A stretch of 52,391 nt of DNA from a virus, in the IMG/VR virus record IMGVR_UViG_3300045988_104080, positions 1-52,391 of that record; one strand, given 5' to 3'. A program made the translations under genes and the position numbers. The notes beneath the pieces are model-generated. The model had not been told where the DNA came from. It worked only from the letters and a program-made list of their open reading frames with translations, and did not search any database. Shown here in pieces: positions 40,052 to 47,659 of the stretch (the first letter of the stretch is position 1; each line of letters begins with the position of its first letter).

Positions 40052-41591
40052 GCTCGTACCCATTGAATCCGTTCACGCCTCGGAGTACAACCCCCGGCGG
40101 AACGACGAAAAGCGCCTGGCCTTGACGGAGCTGTCCCTCCGAAAGCTGGGCTTCCTGCTGCCGATCTACGCAGACCGCAGCGGGGAAATCTTGAGCGGGC
40201 ATCAGCGGCACCTTGTCGCCTCCCGCATAGGCTTCACCCAGATTCCGGTCGAGTATGTCAGCGGAAAGGACCTGGGAGAGCGGAAGGCTGTGAACGTCCT
40301 TTTCAACCGGGCGACCAACGACCTCCAGAAGCAAGACACCTGCGACATCATCCGGCGCCGTCTCTATGAGATGGACGTGGAAAGCATGGTGGACGGCCTG
40401 CCGGACATCGACCCCGGCACAGACGCCGCCTTCCCGTGCGTCTTCGGCCTGGTGCGCCGGGACACTGTGCAGCTGGCTAAGGCCAATCACCGGAAGTTCG
40501 ACACTCACACCCGCCAGCTCGCCAAGAGCCTGGAGCGCCGCATCGGGTCGGCCATGCCTATCGTGATCGGCGCAAGCGAGAACGTCATCAACGGAATTGG
40601 ACGCCTCCAGGTGGCAGCGGAGGCCAAGAGACCCGTGGTGCGCTGCGTAGTTGTTTCCAAGGAGCAGGAGGACTTCGCAACAGCGATGCTCAACCTTCTG
40701 TCTATGGACTTCGACATCGCTTCCTATGCGGACGATCTGCGGTATAACTCCTTCATGCGGGAGCGGAACACCCGCGAGACGGACGCAGAGGGAAACGCAG
40801 CTCTGGGCGACGGATTCTTCAAGGGTGTGTTTCCGAAGAACCGGGGCCGGGACTTCTGCAAGCTGGAGGGCGCAGCCCTGGAGGCGTGGCGCCGTCACTA
40901 TGGCTCCAGCGTTGTGGACTTTGGAGCGGGGAAGCTGAACAACACTCGCACGCTGCGGAAGGCCGGTATTCATGTGGCGGCCTTTGAGCCCTACTTTGTG
41001 ACCGTAGGCGAGAATATCCACAAGCCCAAGAGCGTGGAGATCGCTGAGAAGTTCCTTGACGACGTGGAAGCCGGGACGCCGTTCACGTCGGTCTTCATCT
41101 CTAGCGTGTTCAATAGCGTCCCGTTCATGGAAGACCGGAAGCAGATCGCGGTGATCGCCGCAGCTCTGTGTGCTCCGGGCGGCCGGACGGTCTGCTGGTG
41201 CCAGAGCAACAAAGCGCCGCAGTTCGTGAACACTAAGAAGAAGTTTCTGGCTGCCGAGAAGACCTTGACCTTCGATCTGGACTACGAGCCCAACACCATC
41301 CTGGGCGACATCGGGAACCACCCGAAAGCCCAGAAGGGCCACACCGAGGAGGAGATGCGAGAGATATTCGCCCCGTGCTTCCGAAAGGTGGATCGCCTGG
41401 AGATGATTCAAAAATTCTGGTACATGGAGGTGTCGGAGCCAATCGTAGACCCGGCGGCCCTGGGCGCGGCTCTGGACTTTGAGTTTGAGCTTCCGTACCC
41501 GGACGGGACCCGCATGGGGCTGTCTGACCGGGCCCGCAAGGCGTTTGAGCATCGCCTCGGCATCTCCATCCCGAGGAAGGAGAGCGTATGA
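40044..41591 (+). CDS. ParB-like (x2) / class I SAM-dependent methyltransferase-fold fusion protein
   Basis: 515 aa. N-terminal ..ASEYNPR..LSGHQRHLV... A second ParB-like segment ..PIVIGASENVINGIGRLQVA... A Rossmann SAM motif VVDFGAGKL, then AAFEP and VFISSVFNSVP (aa ~285-400). No (D/N/S)PP(Y/F/W) motif. Confidence 0.7.
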   Translation: MIELVPIESVHASEYNPRRNDEKRLALTELSLRKLGFLLPIYADRSGEILSGHQRHLVASRIGFTQIPVEYVSGKDLGERKAVNVLFNRATNDLQKQDTCDIIRRRLYEMDVESMVDGLPDIDPGTDAAFPCVFGLVRRDTVQLAKANHRKFDTHTRQLAKSLERRIGSAMPIVIGASENVINGIGRLQVAAEAKRPVVRCVVVSKEQEDFATAMLNLLSMDFDIASYADDLRYNSFMRERNTRETDAEGNAALGDGFFKGVFPKNRGRDFCKLEGAALEAWRRHYGSSVVDFGAGKLNNTRTLRKAGIHVAAFEPYFVTVGENIHKPKSVEIAEKFLDDVEAGTPFTSVFISSVFNSVPFMEDRKQIAVIAAALCAPGGRTVCWCQSNKAPQFVNTKKKFLAAEKTLTFDLDYEPNTILGDIGNHPKAQKGHTEEEMREIFAPCFRKVDRLEMIQKFWYMEVSEPIVDPAALGAALDFEFELPYPDGTRMGLSDRARKAFEHRLGISIPRKESV

Positions 41592-42283
41592 GAGATAACA
41601 CAAACCCGACCGGGGCATGGGAGTTCAACGGCGAGGTTGCTGCCTGCTTTGCGAATATGCTGGAGCGCAGCATCCCGGACTACCGCTCCATGCGAGCCCT
41701 GGTCTACAAAGCTGGAGAGCGGTTCGTTAAGCCTGACACACTGATTGTTGACATCGGGTGTTCGACCGGCCTGGCGGTGGAACCGTTCGTCACCAGGCAC
41801 AAGAAGGAAAACGCCTTCCTGCTGATCGACAATGCGGAAGCCATGGCGCAGGCCTGCCGGGACCGCTTTGGCTCCGAGCCATCCGTCACGGTGAAAGAAG
41901 GAAACCTGTGGGAATATTTACCGTTTGAAAGAGACGCGAGCCTGGTCCTGTCCGTTCTGTCGATGCAGTTCATGCCCACGTCATATCGGCGCTTCATGCT
42001 GCGCCATATTTGCGACAGCATGATTGAGGGCGGCGCTCTGATCTACGTTGAGAAGGTTGTGGCCGGAAGCCTGGACGATCTGATGGTGGACCTCTACTAC
42101 CAGATGAAACGGGAAAACGGGTACACGGATGAGCAGATCATGGCGAAGCGCCGGAGCCTGGAAAATGTCCTCTCCCCGCTGGAACCTGCGTGGAATGAGA
42201 GCTTGCTCAAGGAGGCAGGCTTCCGCAAGGTCGAAATGTTCTGGCGCTGCCTTAACTTCTGCGGGTGGATTGCCGTGAAATAA
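41588..42283 (+). CDS. cmoA: CmoA-family carboxy-S-adenosylmethionine synthase homologue
   Basis: 231 aa, colinear with E. coli CmoA as I recall it: [22 protein letters not shown] / [30 protein letters not shown] / [16 protein letters not shown] / [17 protein letters not shown] / [30 protein letters not shown] / [32 protein letters not shown] / CFNFGSLVALK. Confidence 0.8.
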   Translation: [231 protein letters not shown]

Positions 42284-42307
42284 CCCGGACGTAAGGAGAG
42301 GAGTGAA

Positions 42308-42823
42308 ATGCCGAAACGCAGCGATACGAAGCCGTGGGAGCGCCAGGATAAGGAAGGCGAAAAGCCGTTCGAGGCCTTCGTTATATACCGGGATATGGGC
42401 GAGAAGCGCACACTTCAAGCCGTTGCGGACAGGTTGCAGAAAAGTTACACTCTCATACGCCGCTGGAAAGACACCTGGGGTTGGGAAGATCGCGTCCGGG
42501 CTTATGACAACGATTTGCAGCAGAAGGCCCACACGGAGGCGGTCAAGAAGGCCCGCAAGATGGCGGACCGGCATATCGGCATAGCTCTGAAATTGCAGGC
42601 AAAGGCCATGGAGGCGCTGGAGAAGATGAACGCCGAGGACATCGACCCGAAGAACCTGGTGGCCTTCATCAGGGAAGCCACCAAGCTTGAGCGCGAGAAT
42701 CGGCAGGACGTTGTTCAGATGACCAACCCGGACCGCGATGAAGATGGTGGAACCACGAGTCTTGCTGACGTCATTTCCGAGGCATGGGAGAGGAGGCAGA
42801 AGCAGAATGAAAATGACGGCTGA
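42308..42823 (+). CDS. terS: Terminase small subunit
   Basis: 171 aa, RBS AAGGAGAGGAG. HTH-like N-terminus (..FVIYRDMGEKRTLQAVADRLQKSYTLIRRW..), directly upstream of and overlapping terL. Confidence 0.7.
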   Translation: MPKRSDTKPWERQDKEGEKPFEAFVIYRDMGEKRTLQAVADRLQKSYTLIRRWKDTWGWEDRVRAYDNDLQQKAHTEAVKKARKMADRHIGIALKLQAKAMEALEKMNAEDIDPKNLVAFIREATKLERENRQDVVQMTNPDRDEDGGTTSLADVISEAWERRQKQNENDG

Positions 42824-44243
42824 TGCAATCCTCTACTACGCCGACAACCCGGTGGACTTCGTGGAGGATGTCATCCGAGCCAAGCCAGACGAGAACCAGA
42901 GGGCCATCTTGAATAGTGTGGCCCGGTACCCCATGACATCCGTGAGAAGTGGACACGGCATAGGCAAGAGCGCGGTGGAGAGCTGGCTTGCAATCTGGTT
43001 CCTGACTACCCGGCCCTATCCCAAAATACCCTGTACGGCACCTACGCAGCACCAGCTATGGGACATCCTGTGGGCCGAGATTGCGAAGTGGTTGAGAAAC
43101 AACCCAGCCCTGGCAAATGACCTGATCTGGACGAAAGAGAAGGTCTACATGAAAGGACACCCGGAGGAATGGTTTGCCGTAGGACGAACGGCCAGCAAGC
43201 CGGACGCCCTCCAGGGCTTCCATGCTGACCATGTGCTCTATATCATCGACGAGGCCTCTGGCGTCAAAGATGAGATATTCGAGCCTATCCTCGGTGCGCT
43301 GTCCACCGAAGGCTCAAAGCTGCTGATGTGTGGAAACCCCACCAAGATCACCGGCTTTTTCTATGACAGCCACCACAAGAACCGCGAGCAGTTCAACGCC
43401 ATGCACATTGACGGCCGCAGCTCCAGCCGAGTGGACCAGGAGTTCGTCGATACCATCATTGATATGTTCGGAGAGGACAGCGACGTGTTTCGCGTCCGTG
43501 TGGCCGGGGAGTTCCCCAGGGCACTTCCTGACAGCTTTATACCGATGGAATGGGCGGAGAGGGCCAGCGAGGCGGAGGCCCCGCAGATCGAGCGCGTGTC
43601 CCGCGTGGACATCGGCATTGACGTTGCCCGCTATGGTGACGATAGCTCCGTCATCTCCCCTGTCCTGGACCGAAGGCTCCAGGAGCAGCCGGAGATTTAC
43701 CACCACAACGACACCATGCAGATTACCGGTATGGCCGTTGTCTGTATCAAGAAGCACGCCAGAGAACACCCCTGGGCGGAAATCCATGTGAAGATCGACT
43801 GTGACGGCCTGGGTGTCGGCGTGTTCGACCGCCTCATGGAGCTCAAGGGGCAGATCATGGAGGAGATCGAGGTAGACCGGGAGAGGATCTATGAAGGCAG
43901 CGACGAGGCACCGCCTCCGCTGTCCCTGGAGATCGTCGAGTGCCACTTCGGAGGAGAGGGCGGCACCGTGAACGACGCCGACCCGGTCGAGTACCAGACC
44001 AGCACCGGCCTGATGTGGGGCACCATCCGGGAGGCCCTGCGGACCCAGAGCCTCAAGTTGTGGCCTGACGACAAGCAGATTTCGCAGCTTTCCAACCGCC
44101 GCTACATCGTCAACAGCGCGGGCAAGATCGAGCTGGAGAAGAAGGAGGCCATGAAAAAACGTGGCCTGTCCTCACCGGATATGGGCGACGCGCTGGCACT
44201 GGCGCTCTACGACCCGTTGGTGAGCGACTGGAGCATCAACTAA
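42807..44243 (+). CDS. terL: Terminase large subunit
   Basis: 478 aa. Walker A-like SGHGIGKS, Walker B LYIIDEASG, and a nuclease-domain acidic motif ..GIDVARYGDDSSV... Confidence 0.9.
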   Translation: MKMTADAILYYADNPVDFVEDVIRAKPDENQRAILNSVARYPMTSVRSGHGIGKSAVESWLAIWFLTTRPYPKIPCTAPTQHQLWDILWAEIAKWLRNNPALANDLIWTKEKVYMKGHPEEWFAVGRTASKPDALQGFHADHVLYIIDEASGVKDEIFEPILGALSTEGSKLLMCGNPTKITGFFYDSHHKNREQFNAMHIDGRSSSRVDQEFVDTIIDMFGEDSDVFRVRVAGEFPRALPDSFIPMEWAERASEAEAPQIERVSRVDIGIDVARYGDDSSVISPVLDRRLQEQPEIYHHNDTMQITGMAVVCIKKHAREHPWAEIHVKIDCDGLGVGVFDRLMELKGQIMEEIEVDRERIYEGSDEAPPPLSLEIVECHFGGEGGTVNDADPVEYQTSTGLMWGTIREALRTQSLKLWPDDKQISQLSNRRYIVNSAGKIELEKKEAMKKRGLSSPDMGDALALALYDPLVSDWSIN

Positions 44244-44253
44244 AGGAGGCAAT

Positions 44254-44445
44254 ATGAGGAAACAGAAAAGCTACCTCGCCTCTGCTGACGGATACCCAAT
44301 GAAGTATATCCGGGCAGACACCGCAGCGGAGGCCCGGGCCGAATACAAGCGAAAGACCGGTATGGCGTCGGGAAATCCGACGCTCCGGCAGGTCATTGGC
44401 CGGAGGCCCAGGCCAAGGACCAAGAAAAACCAGGGAGGCGAATGA
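44254..44445 (+). CDS. Small basic hypothetical protein
   Basis: 63 aa, RBS AAAGGAGG, lying between terL and the portal gene. Confidence 0.45.
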   Translation: MRKQKSYLASADGYPMKYIRADTAAEARAEYKRKTGMASGNPTLRQVIGRRPRPRTKKNQGGE

Positions 44446-46643
44446 GCATGGCTTTTTGGAATAGGACCCGCGTTGGCCCAGGCTCCCGCCCCTATGTCAA
44501 TGGTGGGTCCATGGTCCCCCGGTGGACCAACCCTCCAGAGCGAAACACAGAGGAATGGATAAAGACGTTTAGGACAAACCCCCGCCTTGCTGTCGTGGAG
44601 CGGATCGCCTCTGACCTGTCCTTTGCAGAAGGAAAACTCTATCGCGTAGACGAGAACGGAGACGAGCAGGAGGTCAACGCGCATCCGTTCCTGGACTTCT
44701 GGGCAAACCCGAACCCACTCCACGAGATGAGCAACGCGGCCTTGTGGCGCCTGCTGGAGATTTACCTCAAGCTCAAGGGAGAAGGCTACTTCATCATTGA
44801 GCGGGACGAATTCAACCGACCGGCGGAGCTCTGGCCGGTCCCGACCCATTGGGTGCAGATGACCCCCTACCAGGGCTTCCCGTTCTACACCGTCCGACTC
44901 ACCAGCGGGCAGCTCATGGAGGTGCCCGTGGACGATATGTTTGTTATGAAGGACCTGGACCCGTTCGACCCCTTCAAGCGCGGCCTGGGCCAGAGTGAGG
45001 CGCTGGCTGACGAGATCGAAACGGATGAGTACGCAGCCAAGTTTCAGAAGCGGTTCTTCTTCAACGACGCCACGCCGAACATCATCATCGGGATGCCCAA
45101 GAGCACCGAGGAGCAGCGGAAGCGGTTTCTGGCCGAGTGGATGCAGCGCTTTAAGGGCGTCTTCCAGAGCCACGGCGTCGCCACGGTGAACGGAGACATA
45201 ACGGTAAACAAGATCGGCGAGTCCATGAAGGACATGGACATGGTCAACGGGCGGACCTTCCTGCGGAACGCAGCTCTTGAGCACTACGGAGTCCCCAGGG
45301 AGATCATGGGCATCACGGAGAGTAGTAACCGCTCCACCAGCGAGGCGGCACAGTTCATCTACGCCCAAAACGTCCTCATGCCCATCTTGCGGAGGCGTGA
45401 GGAGGCCATCAACCACCAGCTCATCCCGTGGTTCGGCGACGATCTGGTGTGGCACTTCGATGACATCGTGCCCCGCAACCAGGAATTCGACAAGTCGGTG
45501 GGCATTGACGGCTGGAACGCTGGCCTGCTCACCAAGGACGAGGCCCGCGAGAAACTGGGTATGCCCCCGGCCAAGGTTGGCGGAGACGTCTACAAAACGC
45601 AGTTCTCCGACGTCTACGTCCACGAGGACGACGACCCGGCGGAGATCAGCACGGCAGCCGCGAACCTCCAGTACGCCGAAGGGGCTCCGCTTATGGAGAC
45701 CGGCGGGCAGCAGGACATCGAGATCACCGACCACGGTCCGCCGCTGGACGACGGCAGCACGGTGGAGATCGGGGACGGCTCTGACACCATCGAGCTGGAG
45801 GGCTTCAAGGCGGCGGGCCGGAAGGCCGCCCGCCTCCAGCAGGCCCAAAGGCAGCTCCTTGAGGCTGAGAGAGAGCAGGCACGGCGCTTCGAGATCGCCA
45901 CGATGAAATACTTCCGGGAGCAGACCAACCGCCTGGAGGCCTCCCTCAGCGGCACACAGAAGGCCGACGTCTCTGTCTGGGATGCCCTGTTTGCGGCCAT
46001 GCCGGATTACGGCGTCGTGGACGGCGCTTGGGTCCGCCTGGATGAGGCGGAGCGGGAGCGCCTGGTATCTCAGTTTGTGGCCGGTCTCATCGACTGGCCT
46101 GGCGAGGAAGCAGCTCTCAACGCAATCTTTGAACCTTTGTGGAAAGAGAGCTACGACAAGGGCGCAGAGCTGGCGGCGAAGCTCCACAACATCACCGCCG
46201 TTCAGCGGCCGGAGCTGGTGAGCACCGCGAAGCTCCGGGGCGGCTCCCGGGTACGCGGTATCACCCAGACCACCAAGGACAACATCGGCCGCATCGTCAC
46301 CAACGCGCTGGAGCACGGCGACAGCCGGGAGGCCATAGCGAAGCAAATCCAACAGGAGATGCAGACTTCCTCCTCCCGGGCCCGGACCATCGCGGCCCAG
46401 GAGTGCAACACCAGCTTGCTGACCGGCAACTTTGACATGATGAAGAAGGCAGGAGCAGGCACGAAGACCTGGCACGTCACTAACCCGTCTGTGGCTCGGC
46501 CCTCTCACAAGCGGCTGAACGGCATCACGGTGCCCATCGACGGCAAATTCTCGAATGGCTGCCGGTTTCCGTGTGACCCGGAGTGCGGCGACGCCTCTGA
46601 GGTCGTCAACTGCCACTGCTTCCTCACCTACGATAACTATTGA
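44442..46643 (+). CDS. Portal protein fused to a Mu F / SPP1 gp7-like head morphogenesis domain
   Basis: 733 aa. HK97-type portal features in aa 1-~420, and a C-terminal MuF-like domain (..SRARTIAAQECNTSLLTGNFDMMKKAG..WHVTNPSVARPSHKRLNG...CHCFL..). Confidence 0.8.
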   Translation: MSMAFWNRTRVGPGSRPYVNGGSMVPRWTNPPERNTEEWIKTFRTNPRLAVVERIASDLSFAEGKLYRVDENGDEQEVNAHPFLDFWANPNPLHEMSNAALWRLLEIYLKLKGEGYFIIERDEFNRPAELWPVPTHWVQMTPYQGFPFYTVRLTSGQLMEVPVDDMFVMKDLDPFDPFKRGLGQSEALADEIETDEYAAKFQKRFFFNDATPNIIIGMPKSTEEQRKRFLAEWMQRFKGVFQSHGVATVNGDITVNKIGESMKDMDMVNGRTFLRNAALEHYGVPREIMGITESSNRSTSEAAQFIYAQNVLMPILRRREEAINHQLIPWFGDDLVWHFDDIVPRNQEFDKSVGIDGWNAGLLTKDEAREKLGMPPAKVGGDVYKTQFSDVYVHEDDDPAEISTAAANLQYAEGAPLMETGGQQDIEITDHGPPLDDGSTVEIGDGSDTIELEGFKAAGRKAARLQQAQRQLLEAEREQARRFEIATMKYFREQTNRLEASLSGTQKADVSVWDALFAAMPDYGVVDGAWVRLDEAERERLVSQFVAGLIDWPGEEAALNAIFEPLWKESYDKGAELAAKLHNITAVQRPELVSTAKLRGGSRVRGITQTTKDNIGRIVTNALEHGDSREAIAKQIQQEMQTSSSRARTIAAQECNTSLLTGNFDMMKKAGAGTKTWHVTNPSVARPSHKRLNGITVPIDGKFSNGCRFPCDPECGDASEVVNCHCFLTYDNY

Positions 46644-46653
46644 GGAGGCCTAC

Positions 46654-47640
46654 ATGGAATTTACACCAGAGCAGGCCAAGAGCGCAGCGGCCGCCGCAGG
46701 CATTGACTTGAAGGCGGAGCGTTACGATCTGGAGGCCCTGACTGCCGGGATGAACGCGGAGCTGGAGCACGGCTCTGCCAGCCCGGACACTAACATCACC
46801 AATGATGACCCCATTCTGACGGCGAAACTTGCGGCCGCGCATCTCCGCAAGTCGCCGTTTTATTATGCCCCCAGGCGTGGGCTCAAGGCGTGGGAGACTT
46901 CGCTCGGGAAGGGGGTGAAAGCAAAGAGCATGAAAACCGAGTACAAGACCCTCACGTTCAGAGCGGAGGAGTACGAGGAGGAAACTGGCATTTTCAGCGG
47001 CTACGCCGCCGTTTACGGGAATATCGACAGCGGCGGCGACATCATAGAGCCCGGGGCCTTCACGAAGACAATCGCCGAAGGCTGGGAACGGGTCAAAATC
47101 CTGGCCCTACACAACGACTGCTGGCTTCCCATCGGCCGCCCTCTGGAACTCAGGGAAGACAGCAACGGCCTATTTATCAAGGCCAAGATCAGCGACACTT
47201 CGATGGGGCGCGACATCAAGGTGCTGCTGAGAGACGGTGTACTCAACGAGCTGTCCATTGGTTACGACCCTGTGGTGTTCGACTACGACGAGGATGGCAT
47301 CCGCCACCTCAGAGAAGTCAAGCTGTGGGAGGTGTCCGTTGTCACCTGGGCCATGAACCAGGAAGCGGTCATCACTGACTACAAGCAGCTCGGAGAGGAC
47401 GCAGACCGGGCCACCAAGCTGGTGGCCGACGTTGCGGCCGACATTAAAGCCGGTCGCAAAATCAGCGGGGCACGCTTGAAGGCCCTCCAGGACGCCCAGG
47501 CGTCCATGAAGGCGGCCGTCAAGGCCCTGGACGGCATCATCGCCGAGGTCCAGGACGGAGACGCCCAGAAGGCCCGCAAGCGGCCCCAGAGGGCCAGCAA
47601 GAGCGCCAGCGCTGGCACCACCATTGAAATCATTCTTTAA
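46654..47640 (+). CDS. Prohead protease (HK97/S78-like) with an N-terminal extra domain
   Basis: 328 aa, RBS GAGGAGG. Protease core ..FSGYAAVYGNIDSGGDIIEPGAF...LHNDCWLPIGR.. preceded by about 100 aa (..ELEHGSASPDTNITNDDP..AAHLRKSPFYY..). Confidence 0.8.
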   Translation: MEFTPEQAKSAAAAAGIDLKAERYDLEALTAGMNAELEHGSASPDTNITNDDPILTAKLAAAHLRKSPFYYAPRRGLKAWETSLGKGVKAKSMKTEYKTLTFRAEEYEEETGIFSGYAAVYGNIDSGGDIIEPGAFTKTIAEGWERVKILALHNDCWLPIGRPLELREDSNGLFIKAKISDTSMGRDIKVLLRDGVLNELSIGYDPVVFDYDEDGIRHLREVKLWEVSVVTWAMNQEAVITDYKQLGEDADRATKLVADVAADIKAGRKISGARLKALQDAQASMKAAVKALDGIIAEVQDGDAQKARKRPQRASKSASAGTTIEIIL

Positions 47641-47659
47641 CACAAGGAGGAAATTCACT

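Noticed and set aside
40896-41300. The methyltransferase domain as an ordinary ParB-fused N6-adenine/N4-cytosine DNA methyltransferase.
   Set aside because: No (D/N/S)PP(Y/F/W) catalytic motif occurs anywhere in the 515-aa protein. The fold looks like a small-molecule/CmoB-type class I MTase, so the ordinary-MTase call was not made.
44271-46616. 781-aa ORF on the minus strand, antisense to the portal gene.
   Set aside because: It lies entirely antisense to a strongly supported portal/MuF gene. Its composition is Arg/Gly/Ala/Leu/Val-rich, as is typical of shadow frames in GC-rich DNA, and it has no RBS. The same reasoning applies to the antisense ORFs 47630-49171, 40023-41618, 26336-27676, 3517-4887, 2673-3893, 11926-13530, 7585-8727, 6029-7102 and similar ones.
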